Source of the DNA: Euglena gracilis
Taxonomy: Eukaryota
NCBI GenBank assembly: GCA_039621445.1
Contig: CP154954.1
Location: 31,644,012-31,708,011, forward strand
DNA: 64,000 nt
Direction of reading: 5' to 3'
A program made the position numbers and the translations under genes. The notes under the pieces are model-generated. The model ran no database searches and had not been told where the DNA came from. It saw only the letters and a list, made by a program, of their open reading frames with translations. Of this stretch, positions 9,746 through 21,333 are shown piece after piece; the stretch's first letter is position 1, and every line of letters begins with the position of its first letter.

Positions 9746-12700
9746 AGGTGATGTCCAGAAACATCCAATGTTCCTTGGCATTTTGGGCAGAGTGTCTTGC
9801 CTGAAGAAGCACCCTCTGTGAGTGGCATCCCAATGTTCCAACGCAAAAGGCAGCGAAATTCAGCAGAAGGCAACAAAGTGCGGGTGCCCGTGCTTGGGGT
9901 GGCAGCCGCCCAGGCCATGGCATGTGGCTGACATTGGTTGGTAAATCGGACTTGGTTAGTGGGGGGCAGGGTCCTTGCAAGAACTGTTTGCCGTGCCGTG
10001 GAAAACTGTCCATTCCACCACTTTTGGGAGGTGTGAGGACTTTGCGCGTCTTTCAACAGTGACAGGTCGTCAACCCATTGCACCAGTGGGGCAACGTTGC
10101 CGAGGATGGCTGATGCTTCTTGGAGGCACACCAGAGTGTCTGAGGGGGCCCTGGGGAACGCCGAAGGAATACCAAGTGTTTCGGGGCCACGACGGATGTA
10201 TTCCACAATGCCAGCAATCCGAGCTGGTAGACGAATGTGTCCCGGATCAGAGATGCCGAGTCCACCCAGCCGGATGGGGAGACAAATTTGTTCCCATTGT
10301 TCAGGGGTTCCTTCAAAGCAACGTCGGAGGGTCGTACGGAAAGCTGCACATTCTGGGCGGCCCGTGCCGATTGTCCCATTTGTGAAGGACTCCGGCGTCA
10401 AGGTCCTTGGTGTGCCACTCTGCCATCCTGAAGGTGACGCTTTTGCCCGACAAATCCGGTGCAAACGTGTGGATGGTGTTGTGAAGGCGTGTGACTCCCA
10501 CTCAAGACTCCCCCAGGCACACCTCCAGTTCACCATTTTGCGATATTGCCTGACATCATGCAAAGTCAACGACCTCCTTCGCGCTACGCCTCTTTCCACT
10601 TGGCGCAGGGGGCTGTCTGGTGGAATAGCGTCCGGAAAACACCCATGGTTGCTAGCAGAGGTGAAAGAGGGGCCCCACAGGTTGCACTTTGCAAGATTGA
10701 CAACAAGGCCCCTTTTTCCTGCCTCCCTGGTGAGAGTGGACAGTGCTGAGTGGAGTTGCATGGAGAACCCAACAGATGTCCGTCGTCGAGGTACCCTTGC
10801 CATTCCACAGAAGCGGACAAATCTTCAAGCATGTCTTGTAGACCCCATGCAAAGAGAGCAGGACCACACGGATCCCCTTGTTGTGCCCCTCGGGCGGAAA
10901 GCAGCATCAATTTCCCACAAAATAGGCGAGAATGTTGGCTATAGCAGCTCTCCAACCATGGCAGGGCGGATGGGCATCTGCGGCGGACACTGTCGAGAGC
11001 GGAGGCACGAAACATGCTGTTGAAGGCGTTTGTGAGGTCAATTTTAAGCAAGCCCCACCGTTCTTCCTTCTTATTGTGAAGATCAGAAACCATCTGTTGC
11101 AAACCCATGGCTGTCAGGCTGCAAGCATTTCTGACTCCGACACCCGTTTGCAGGGGGCACAGGTCCTTAAGTGTTGGGTCACTGAAGGGTGATGCATCAG
11201 CACTTTGGCCACCAACCGCCGAATTCACTCACCAGCAGCGATTGGGCGGGTGCCATCAGTTGCCGTTTCACCACCATTCTGTGGGATGGCGGCTGCCTTA
11301 CGCAAGGGTGTGAGAGTTGCCGATGATAGAATCGGAGCCATGAGGGGGTGGACTCCTTTGGAGATGCAATCTGTGACAAATTTGTCCAAGCATTCAAGGA
11401 GATCCTCAGCTCGCGATCCTGGCAAGTCTGCTAGCATGCTCTGAAGGTGATCTGGCCAGAGCCCAGACGGCCCCGGAGCGGAGTCTTTTGGGAAGGTGCA
11501 GATGAGTTTCCGCAGAGCAAACGTTCGGTCCCGCAAGGTTTCCAGATCTCTCGCAAATTGCAATTGATGAGACGGGTCCCACGTTCCAAAACCAGGGGGC
11601 TCTTCAAATGGGTGGAGAGCATGCAACCGAGCCATGACAGTAGGATCTGATGAGTCCTGTACTCCGTCAGAAGTGAGAACACGACATGCCTTGGAGATGG
11701 CGCCGTGCCCGACAAGAGTTTCGACCCGGTTGAGAAGGCGCTCCATGTGGACACTTTCTTCATACGAGTGCGAGCAGCTGGCGGAGGTAACTCCAGTAGT
11801 GCGGAAGCTTCCCAACTTTCCTTCACGGGACGTTGGAGATACAGACGGGCACGCTCTGCAACCTTCCGACCAACGTGAGCCCAATGGGTCTCTCCCCCTC
11901 TTTTCAAGGGGCAGAGGACAGCCTTCGGGAAGGCCCACAGGGACTGTAAGGTCAACCAACTTGGATTTGCATTGAAGTTCCGTAGCAATGTCACAAAAGT
12001 GCAAGTGACTTGGACAACTGCTCCGCGAGGAATGTGCACCAAGGTGGGCCGTGAGTCCAAACCGATTTCTGCAAAAGAAGGCGACAAGGTTGCCCCGTCA
12101 TCTGGGAACGTACCCGGGGGAACAGAGCAAGATACTCGGCGTTGCCTGCTGTCCTGTGAGTTGGGTAACATGGCCACGTCCCCTTGGGAGTGTGAAGCGG
12201 GCTGACCAGCAGGGAGGTGGAGAAACTGCACACGGGCCGGTCAAAAACTGCACTGCAAAAAACTGCAAAAAACTGCAAAAAACTGCAAAAAACTGCAAAA
12301 AACTGCACTTCAACAAAAAATGACGTAAACAAGCTGAAATGGTGTGCACATGCAAAATAACGTAAATTGCGACCAGATGAGCAGGCCCCAATTCACCAAA
12401 ATTTTCTTGCATATTTTCCACCCACCTGCTGACCAGGTTACTAACTCCGGCAACGACAGGAGATATGGCACAGGATCGTTGGAGTGGTTGAGCGGTCGTC
12501 GTCGAGGAAGAAGCAGTAGTTGACTGAATGGGCAGGTGTGCTGGCGTTGGTGGTTGTGGTGAGGGTAAAGTCACAGGGTGGATGTTGTCCATCAAGGGGA
12601 GGAATGAAGCATTTTGGTGGTCCTGTAGCCATTGGCCACCAGCATCAAGGCCGGACACTCCGGAAGCAGTCGGCAGGGCGAGAGGGAGTTGGGGGAAAAC

Positions 12701-13239
12701 CGGCAGCGCATTCATCGGAAACCAGGAGCCATGGGCTGGGCCAAGCTGAGAACATTGAGAGGCTGTTGACATTTCAACGTCGTCTTCAGGGCCTGGATTG
12801 GCTTACATCACCACAGGTCAGGGCTTCTTCTCCCCTCCCAGAAGAGGCGTGTTGCTTGATTTTTGCAGGCCCCTGTGTCATTGCAAATCGCTGGTGCAGA
12901 CTGGTGTCAGTGGGTTTTCCAAAAAAGGAGGCAAGCATATTTTTTGGAGTGTTTGGCTGGTGGGTGGGTGGGTAGGTGGGTGCTGCAGTGCTCGGCTTGA
13001 TAGGCGGCATCAGAAAGTCTTGCAGGTGAGACGGGTGTGTGATGGGCCCTGAAGTTTGGAACATGAAAAATTTTCCCGCATTTTTTTTGGCAAACTGTTG
13101 TCAACAGATGAACGGAGTTTCCCTTCAGGACACAGGTTTTCAATGGCACTTTCAAACAAAGCAAAAGAGAGTGCACAGAGAAGGAATGCAAACAGGTTCC
13201 AGTTGTCAGTGGGGGGCTTACAACAGATGTTGGTGCAGC
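9746..13239 (-). mobile_element. Decayed CRE-clade non-LTR retrotransposon, copy 2 (5' part may extend towards 14100)
   Basis: Same motifs. RT core LLKIDLTNAFNS-QQGDPCGP-YLDDG is collinear in ORF 10584-11228. One inversion at 10364-10599. Confidence 0.88.
12210..12428. mobile_element. Same 219 bp hAT MITE in copy 2
   Basis: Same TIRs and CTGACCAG TSD. Confidence 0.9.
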
Positions 13240-13508
13240 CACTGGCCCCGAGTCTGGCAATGAAAACCAAAACTGTGAAAAGATGTCTGATGCCTGGTGT
13301 GAGATGACCGAGGTAAGGATGGAGGACAATGTTTGAAAGCAATCTGGTGGGGAAGATGTCAGCACCAGAAGGTTTCCCTGCATGCAAATGGAAAGGTTGA
13401 TGATGGGTGACCTTTGGAGACCCAAAGAATGGTTGTATGCATGGTGGGTTTGCAGTGGTTGGGCATGATAGAAGGGGTGGGTATGCAGTGATTGGGGGGC
13501 TGACCATT

Positions 13509-13672
13509 GGGGGGGGCCTTTGCAGGCCCAGTGGCTGGGGGGAGCCTTTTCAGGCCCAGTGGCTGGGGGGGCCTTTTGCACCCCCAGTGGCTGGGGGGGC
13601 CTTTTCAGGCCCAGTGGCTGGGGGGGGGGGCTTTTCAGGCCCAGAAAGGTTGGTGGGGGCCTTTTCAGGCCA
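13509..13672. repeat. G-rich minisatellite, about 28 bp unit x6
   Basis: Repeats of GGGGGGGCCTTTTCAGGCCCAGTGGCT. Confidence 0.85.
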
Positions 13673-14222
13673 AAAGAAACCAGATAAGCCAGGCCACACC
13701 GGCCAGAGACAAGCATGTGAGCTCCTGCGGTAACACCAAAGGGCTGAAGCCCAAAAATTGTAACTTGAATACCGCTGCCAGTCAATCAAGGTGCATTTTA
13801 CATGATTTTTCATGCACTGGAATGCAAATCATTTGTTTGGATGCCGGTTCACACCGGTTTCCTGCATAAATTGAGTGTCACGATGTGAGTGGGAGAAGCG
13901 CAACCCAATCCATTATCGTCTCCATGGGAAGGTGGAGATCCTTCAGCAGCTGCATAAGGACTTCTGCCTTCTTCCGCCTGCACCAGCAGGACTTCTGCCT
14001 TCTTCCGCCTGCACCATCAGGACTTGGACTTGTAAGTGACTTTCAATGATAGTTGAATCATTGAGTTGGATACTTGACCCCACCAGGGGCTTTCAAATTG
14101 TCCTCCATGTATTATGCGAAAAAAAATTGACGCTCAGAAAGGCCGTGGGAGTGTCCCGGCGACGCCGAAATTGGTGAAGTGTACAGATTCCGAATTTAAC
14201 TCTGGCGAAGCTTTGAGGAAGG

Positions 14223-15342
14223 ATGCAGATTGCAACTGCGAATCCCTTTTCGATCCTTTCGAGTAAGAAAGTCAGGCACGAACCACCAAAGGAAAAATCG
14301 AAGGATACGAAGCCAAATCAGCGGAAGGGTGCGTGAATATTTTCTCGTTTTCATCTCAAAGAATCAACTTTTTCCAGAACCCGCCAAGAAAAATGAAAGC
14401 AAGAAAGCAGAGGTAAAGAAAGAAGAACCTCCGAAGAACGCAAAGGTCGTGTCTTTGGCTGATGCCGTTCCTTCGGAGGAAGCCCAGAAGGCACTCGTCA
14501 AGGAGCAGGAAAAACTTGACAAAGAGGCAAAGCGCGAGAGGGATAGGACAGACAAGCACGACCGAAGTGGAAAAGCGTATGCGCTGTAAAAAGAATTTTT
14601 CTAAGTTCTCGTTGTCTGTTCTCAGACACCAGGTCCGAAAGGAAGGAAAGGGAGTTGGCGGTTGGGACGACAACAAGGTGGAGACGGAAGTTGCCCAGGA
14701 AGTCGTTGCTGAGGAAGTTGAAGATGGCAAGGACGAGGCCAAGAAAGATAAGGAGGATAAGAAGGAGAAGTATTTATTTTTGTCCTTTTCTTCATGGTCA
14801 TCATTTAATTTTTAAAAGGTCCCCAGAAGAGCTTGCAGCTGAGGCCAAGGCAAAGGAGGAAGAAGCCAAGCAAAGAGAATTGGAGGAAAAACAAATGACT
14901 TTGGAGGAATATCAGGAGAAATTGAAGAAAGAAAATGCCCCACCGACGGCAGCATTCAATGTTCGCACAGTTGATGACTCTGGATTCAAGGGCATGGTTG
15001 CCAAGGGTAAGGAAAAGGGAGACAAGAAGTTCACAATTGGCGTGCAGCCCAAGCCGAAGGCTGCCACACCTGCCGCTCCCAAGAAGGAAGAAAAGGAGAA
15101 GAAGGAGGAAAAGAAAGAAAAGGTCCAAGTGGATGTTGGTTTCCGCATGGTATTCAGCTCCTGTGATTCCCCATGCATCCTTTCTTTAATCTCAGGAGAA
15201 CCCAGCACGTCAGCAAGGAAAGGGGAAGGGTGAAGGCAAGGGCAAGGGTGGTGGTCGTGGACGTGGAGGCTACTCGGCACAGCCCAAAGAGGATGTTGCC
15301 CCTCCTGTCGATGACGAGACGGCGTTCCCAGCCCTTGGGTGA
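14223..15342 (+). CDS. SERBP1: Stm1/SERBP1/HABP4-family RGG RNA/ribosome-binding protein, 308 aa; exons 14223-14328, 14378-14576, 14626-14769, 14819-15149, 15196-15342
   Basis: Four GT-AG introns (49, 49, 49, 46 nt) join into a 927 nt open frame: MQIATANPFSIL..., DKHDRSG..HQVRKEGKGVGGW, EEKQMTLEEY, GGRGRGG, DDETAFPALG*. These are family hallmark motifs; the symbol is family-level only. Confidence 0.9.
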
Positions 15343-15906
15343 GCTTCTGCCTGATTTATTACAATGCACCTCGTCTGCGGGCTATTCTTGAATGCACCTG
15401 CCTGGACGTGCTGTACAAAAAACCAGAGTGAGAATTTTGAATCGCCAATTCTGATCCTGCGTTTTGCCCTTTCAGACTGTTTCTGTTGTCCTTCTATCCA
15501 CAATTAATTTAATGATCATCATATTTGGTTGGAGAATTTGTCCAAGGGTTCCAAGAAGACAGTGTTTATACCCCCCGCTCACCCCCCCAGTCAATTGACC
15601 AATTTGCCAAACCCGAAGCCGCAAAAAGGGCTCAGAAAGCCTTCAAAAAACGTTTCTAAACTTTGCGGGGGTGGAATATTGGCCAAGGTTCTCCTGAGGT
15701 TGGGCCGACTCTGGCGCTAGCCAGTACGCTCCAAACCCCCGGACCGCTGTGGACACCAAACCGCACATGCACCACGGGCAAAAATTTCATGTCTTTTTCC
15801 TCCGAGTGTAACAGCTCCCCCCTTGAGCACCTCCAGCCAGGGCGCACGATTTTGCAACATTAGGTAGCACCGGCGGAAGGTCCGCTGCGTTTGCCAGTGC
15901 CGCCAC

Positions 15907-17199
15907 TGTGGGGGGGTCCGGGAAACCTGCGGGAAGAACACCCACTCCGCTGAAGGGGGGGGTGAGGCTTCCCGTGGTGAGTCCGCTCATCCCGCGAACA
16001 ATGTGAAGAGTGAGGAGAATTTGTCCCGCCCCTCCTGAGGTTTGGGGGGGGGGCAGGTCCTTGGGTGCCTCCGGCCAAGGCGGAAGAAATGTGCCTCTTG
16101 GCATCCCCACGGGGGGGGGGGGGATTCAAGGCCTGTTTGAGCGCTAAAAAGGGGGGGGAATGTGTGCGAGGAGTCGCTATGACCGCACATAGCCCCTGCG
16201 CATGCCGAAAGGTGAATGACCGTTTGTTTGCAAGCTTGTGCGAGCCAGTGTGTGACCCTGTGGTTGGTTATACTGGCCTGTGACCTGGAATGATAGGGGA
16301 GAAATATCTTTGCACTTTGGATTTTTCTTCCAGGATGAAAGTTGGGTTCTCACATACGGAATAATGGCCAGAGTCATTTTCCAGAGTGTGGGACCTGGGG
16401 GACAGGGCGCAGGAAGAGAGGAGGGAATGACGCCAAAGGTAGGGAGTGCCTTAGCATAGGCTCCTATCCTAATCTGTGGCCATGCCTAATCAGTAACCTT
16501 CCAATAACCCAGCCAGCACATGTATAAGTGTGAAAAGGGCAGTGGGCAGTATTGGGAGGTGGGGGTTGGTATGGCGCATAGTCTCATTGAGTTGCCCGCG
16601 TTCTGCACATTTGTTTTCGTGTTCCACTTTCCACAGTGGGTTTCCCAGTTTTCCAAGTTTCTCAAACATGCAAGTTGTCAAGATTCTTGGACTATGAAAC
16701 ATCATTGAAAGAAGTCAAGGAATTCAATCAAAGACATTGTCAGAAGTTGAAAGTGCGGTAACATTCGTCGGCTGAACGGTCACTCGTGAACCTTTGTTTT
16801 GTTGGTTGCGAAGTCAGGTTGTTTTGCCTGTTTGTTTGGGTTTTGTTTTCCCAACATAGACCTTGGATTTACCCAGAAACAGTCTTGAAATGTTTCATCC
16901 GGGAGGAATGGTGTGGGGTTGGGAAGGAGTCCAGATGGCGGGGAGTTCTTTCCCCCCCCTGGACCTGACAAGGGGTTTGGGTAGGAATCAGGGACCTGAG
17001 CCCACCCTGGTTTTACCCAGAAGTGACCCAGGTATGTTTGGGGATATGCAAGGGGGGGTATGCATGGAGCCCGAAGGGATTCGAGTCTATGTTGGATCTC
17101 CTGAAACTGAGGTGGGGAATAAAGATCCTACGCCGCCGGAGGCCCATCCCGGGTTCCCCCTCGGGGGGGCGGACACGGGGTGGGCGTCCCGCGTTATCA
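15907..17199 (+). repeat. 5' LTR (1293 bp)
   Basis: TGTGGG...GCGTTATCA; direct repeat of 22839-24130. Confidence 0.93.
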
Positions 17200-20100
17200 T
17201 GGTAGCAGAGGTTTGTGATTCGACCATGTTCGTTAACATGGTCGCAGAGGTTTGTGCTGCGGTTGCTGTTTGGTGTTTTTCAGCTGTTTCAAATTCCATG
17301 TTTCCCAGCGTAAACATGGTAATCAGAGGGGCGAAAGCTGCAATCAGTTTTCGGGTTGGATTGTCAGTGAGTGATTTTGTCTGTATTTGTTTTGCCCTGA
17401 GTTTCGCAAAGACAAATTGTCAGACACCAACAATTATGGAACTGGTTGCGGTGATGGGTTGGATTTTTTTGGTGATGATTGTCATCTTTAGTTTGAAGAC
17501 AGCAGCCGGGTGGTGTTGGTTTGTAATGTCGCCGACATTGCAATTCAGGGAGATCCAAGGGGGTTTCTGGACGGAACCCCAGATTTTTTTTGCAGATCAC
17601 AACATTCTGGGTCACCATGAAAGTTTTCTGTTGCCCCCCAACCAATCTGAAAAGAATTCTAGTTTTTTGCAGGCGTCTATACCTCAGGTGCTGCGAGAGG
17701 GCCTCGAGGACCGAAGCCCTGGCCTGGAGGCCACAAGTTCAATTGGCAGCGGACCGAAATATTATCAATTGAACGAGGAAGGCCGACGGGACCAGAAGCC
17801 CAGCAAGCAAGACGACGAAGTGGCAAGGTGTGACGCTGGTGTTCAACAATTTTCAGTCCCAGGGGGTCTGGAAATTAGAAGGGCTGAGGGGCAATTTATG
17901 AGTGGAATTGCACAGCCCAGCCCAACGCCAGCTCAGTGCCAGCCGCAGCCAGCAGAAATGAGTCAGCCAGTTTTTGCCCACGAGAGTTTGGGAGCTGAAG
18001 CCCGTTTGCAATTTCAATTGGGAATTGCATTGGCAAACGCAGGGCCAGCCCAGCCCCAGCCAGCAGTCGGGGGGCCAGCCCAGCACCAGCCAGGCGCAGG
18101 GCCAGCCCAGCCACAGCCAGCAGTCGGGGGGGCAGCCCAGCCCCAGCCAGCAGTCGGGGGGCCAGCCCAGCACCAGCCAAACGCAGGACCGACCCAGTCA
18201 ACCGGCCAGCAGTTTTTGGGTCAGAGGAGCCCAGAAATTGCAGTGCCCCAGCCAATTACGCACGGGCCAGCCCAGCCCATCATGCAGGAGCCGGCCCAGT
18301 CAACCAGCCAGCAGTTTTTGGGTCAGAGGAGCCCAGAAATTGCAGTGTCCCAGCCAATCATGTACGGGCCAGCCCAGCCCATCATGCAGGAGCCGGCCCA
18401 GTCAACCAGCCAGCAGTTTTTGGGTCAGAGGAGCCCAGAAATTGCAGTGCCCCAGCCAATTACGCACGGGCCAGCCCAGCCTACCATGCAAGAGTCAGCC
18501 CAGCCAGCTCAGCCCATCATGGGGCTAACCCAGCCAATGATGCAAGAACCAGCCCAGCCCATCATGCAGGCGACCAGTCAGCAGTTTTTGGGTCAGAGGA
18601 GCCCAGAAATTGCTGTGTGCCAGCCAATTATGCACGGGCCAGCAACGCAGGAGCCGGCCCAGTCAACCAGCCAGCAGTTTTTGGGTCAGAGGAGCCCAGA
18701 AATTGCAGTGTCCCAGCCGATTATGCACGGGCCAGCCCAGCCAATCATGCAATCGGCCCAGTCAATGATGCAAGAGCCAGCCCAGCCCATCATGGAGCCA
18801 GCCCAGCCCATGATGCAAGAGCCAGCCCAGCCCATCATGGGGCCAGCCCAGCCCATGATGCAAAAGCCAGCCCAGCCCATTATGCAATTGACAACCCAGC
18901 CCATCGTGGAATTGCCAACCCGGCACCGGCCAATTGTCGAGGGGCCAGCTCAGCCACAGCCAGCTGTCGACAAGCTAGACCAGCTCCAGTCAGTTACACA
19001 AAAGACAGCTCAGCCGACCAGCCAGCATTGTTTTGGTGAAAGTGGTCTGGGATTGGCAGAGTTGGGGAGGGTCCGTGGGCCAGTTTCAGAGAAGCAATTT
19101 CAACTGGGAAGTGCATGTCCAAATAATCATGGTCCGACTTCTCCCCAATCAGTTGCCCCAGAGTCAGTGCGGTCAGCCGGTGAACAATCTTCAAGTCCAG
19201 TCGTGAAGCCAGAATCAGAGTTGCAATTTCAGGCAGGGTTTGCAATGTCGGCAGGGACGGCAGGCACAGACGTCAGTCCTGCTGGCTGGGCCAACAGAAT
19301 GCGTCTGGCTTCTGAAAGGGTGGAAAGATTTCGTGCGGAGGCTGAAAATTGCAGGAAAAAGAGGTTGGCATGGTCTGAAAAGTTGCGGTCTTGTTCGGAT
19401 CGCATGCATTCTCTGATGGAATTGGGTGAGCAACTTCCGAGTCACAGTCCACCTGGTCTTTTTTCCCCAGCCACCCCTTCTGCGAGTACACAAGGCATAT
19501 GTCACGGGTCGAGTGGGCAGGGGGCAGCCCAGCCCTTGCCAACTCAGCCCCAGCAAGCTGCAGAGGGGCCAGCCCAGCCAGAACCGACGGCTCGGCCAGA
19601 ACCGACAGTTCAAGAGCTAGTCCAGTGGGGCAGCCAGCAGAATTTCAATTTTCCATCCAGGGAATGTCCTGCCGTCAAAGGACGATTTCCTGTGATAGGA
19701 ATCGGGGTGAAGGCAGCAGGGAGGGGGGAGGATTTAGTGGGGGTTGAGGCCGAACCCCAGCCCCCCATTCCATTGGTTTCAGCTTTGCCCAAACCCACCG
19801 CGAGTTTGATAGCCCAGCCCAGCATGCCCACCAGGGGGTCGGGAAACCCACACACTTCCCCTGGGTGGGACAGGTCTTGGGCAGAGTCAGGCATCGAGTG
19901 TGTCATGCATGTAGCAGACGCTCAGACAGCAGTGTTGATTCCCCATTTCCAGATCATGGGGGTTCCGCAAGGGGATTTGCCGACGGCACATCCTCCCCCG
20001 CCACCGTTGGGTGCCCAGGAGTTCCCGTGGGATGGGGGAGGGTTGATTTTTCTGCCATCAGTGACTCTGAGTCCCATGTTTGATGGGGAGGGTGAAGATT

Positions 20101-20372
20101 TTCACACGAGGCTGAAAATCGCTGGTGTGGGAGCCAGAACCCCCCACGCCCAGCCAATTTTGGGCACGTCCCTTGGGACTTTTGCAGAAAGTTCCATGTG
20201 TTTGGGGTCTGCCACGTTTTGGGATCCCTCAACAGCCCAGTTCAGCTGCCAGGGAGATCAGAGTGCATCAAGGAGGGTGATTGTCAAAATGAGAGGGCAG
20301 GATTCTGTACTCGCCCAAAAAGGAAAAGGCCAGCATCGGAGAGGGGGGTCCCCCCTGCAAAGGCCAGAGTAG
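16863..20372 (+). CDS. Long uninterrupted ORF of the LTR element: hydrophobic N-terminal segments, Q/P-rich repeats, short coiled coil; function unknown (an ATG at 17199 spanning LTR end/PBS is a plausible start)
   Basis: 1169 codons open. Hydrophobic stretches (e.g. ELVAVMGWIFLVMIVIFSL), five QQFLGQRSPEIAV-containing repeats, no RT/IN/RNase H motifs. Confidence 0.6.
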   Translation: MDLPRNSLEMFHPGGMVWGWEGVQMAGSSFPPLDLTRGLGRNQGPEPTLVLPRSDPGMFGDMQGGVCMEPEGIRVYVGSPETEVGNKDPTPPEAHPGFPLGGADTGWASRVIMVAEVCDSTMFVNMVAEVCAAVAVWCFSAVSNSMFPSVNMVIRGAKAAISFRVGLSVSDFVCICFALSFAKTNCQTPTIMELVAVMGWIFLVMIVIFSLKTAAGWCWFVMSPTLQFREIQGGFWTEPQIFFADHNILGHHESFLLPPNQSEKNSSFLQASIPQVLREGLEDRSPGLEATSSIGSGPKYYQLNEEGRRDQKPSKQDDEVARCDAGVQQFSVPGGLEIRRAEGQFMSGIAQPSPTPAQCQPQPAEMSQPVFAHESLGAEARLQFQLGIALANAGPAQPQPAVGGPAQHQPGAGPAQPQPAVGGAAQPQPAVGGPAQHQPNAGPTQSTGQQFLGQRSPEIAVPQPITHGPAQPIMQEPAQSTSQQFLGQRSPEIAVSQPIMYGPAQPIMQEPAQSTSQQFLGQRSPEIAVPQPITHGPAQPTMQESAQPAQPIMGLTQPMMQEPAQPIMQATSQQFLGQRSPEIAVCQPIMHGPATQEPAQSTSQQFLGQRSPEIAVSQPIMHGPAQPIMQSAQSMMQEPAQPIMEPAQPMMQEPAQPIMGPAQPMMQKPAQPIMQLTTQPIVELPTRHRPIVEGPAQPQPAVDKLDQLQSVTQKTAQPTSQHCFGESGLGLAELGRVRGPVSEKQFQLGSACPNNHGPTSPQSVAPESVRSAGEQSSSPVVKPESELQFQAGFAMSAGTAGTDVSPAGWANRMRLASERVERFRAEAENCRKKRLAWSEKLRSCSDRMHSLMELGEQLPSHSPPGLFSPATPSASTQGICHGSSGQGAAQPLPTQPQQAAEGPAQPEPTARPEPTVQELVQWGSQQNFNFPSRECPAVKGRFPVIGIGVKAAGRGEDLVGVEAEPQPPIPLVSALPKPTASLIAQPSMPTRGSGNPHTSPGWDRSWAESGIECVMHVADAQTAVLIPHFQIMGVPQGDLPTAHPPPPPLGAQEFPWDGGGLIFLPSVTLSPMFDGEGEDFHTRLKIAGVGARTPHAQPILGTSLGTFAESSMCLGSATFWDPSTAQFSCQGDQSASRRVIVKMRGQDSVLAQKGKGQHRRGGSPLQRPE
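17200..17211 (+). promoter_or_regulatory. Primer-binding site, tRNA-iMet type
   Basis: TGGTAGCAGAGG abutting the LTR end is complementary to the typical eukaryotic initiator tRNA-Met 3' end (...CCTCTGCTACCA). Confidence 0.85.
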
Positions 20373-21333
20373 GGGGGTCGCAGCCCTGTGGGGGCAAGTG
20401 TTGTGCAGTCTCGACTCCAGGTGAGGAGTTGAGAGGTGTTGTCCATCATTTTGTTTTGCAGCCCTGTGGGGGCAAGTGTTGTGCAGTCTCGACTCCAGGT
20501 CAGGAGTTGAGAGGCATTGTCCGTCATTTTCTTTGCTTTGTCCATGCGAAGAATCGGTGAAAGGTGAAGAAAGCTCTCCCAGTGGAGGGAGCATCCAGCG
20601 TGTGTTGAGTCCTCCAGGGGGAGAGACATTTGGCTTGCATGAAGTCTTCCCAGCGGGGAAGTCCGTTTTTGGTGAGTCCTCCCAGCGGGGGGGAACACCA
20701 ACCGATGAAAGGGGCCTCTGGGGGGGAGGCAACTGTTTTCAGGGAGACCTCCCAGTGGGGGGGGGGTGTCTTCCGGTGGTCAGACCTCCCAGGGGGGGGG
20801 GGCACAGCTATGACCTTGACAACCCCAGGTGGTGCCGCCCGAGAAACAGCATTTTGTGGTTGTGAACCTCTGGGGAGGGAGTTCACCCATCCTGGAGCAA
20901 GGTTGGCGTGCGACCATGGACCTGGGGTGGGCGTCGAAGATTGTCGATGGGGCATTCTTGTGTGGTTGGTTCTGCAGCTCTTCCGAGTTGGATTGTATGT
21001 TGTGCCCAGTTGGGGATCTTGTGTTGGGTGACGTGGAAAAGTTTGATTTGAAGTTCGGTTCAAACATGGAGTCCTTATTCCCCTGGAGGAGGGGACCCTG
21101 CAGAGCTCAGGTTGCAGAAAAGGTGAGGGCCGGACTTCAAAGGGTGCCAAGCCTGGGGCTGGTCAATAGGGAGTCCCTACCCCGCCTGCCGAAGCAGGTC
21201 GGAGTGAAAAGGGTGCGACCCCCCCAGTCTTTCAGTTTTACAGTTTTTCCGGAGTTGGGATCTGTGATGAGCCCAAATTCGGTGGAGACTCGGATTCAGA
21301 ACCGAAGCACGCTAGGAATAAAGAAACGGTCCT

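Larger units (their letters stand above)
6073..13239. repeat. Tandem segmental duplication, copy 2
   Basis: Matches 1-5517 apart from a few SNPs and small indels, the 1649 bp extra segment (7307-8955) and the opposite orientation of a 175-177 bp RT segment. Confidence 0.97.

Noticed and set aside
20829-20960. Retroviral protease remnant (FVVVNL..PILEQGW) in the 8.2 kb element
   Set aside because: No D(S/T)G motif found; similarity too weak.
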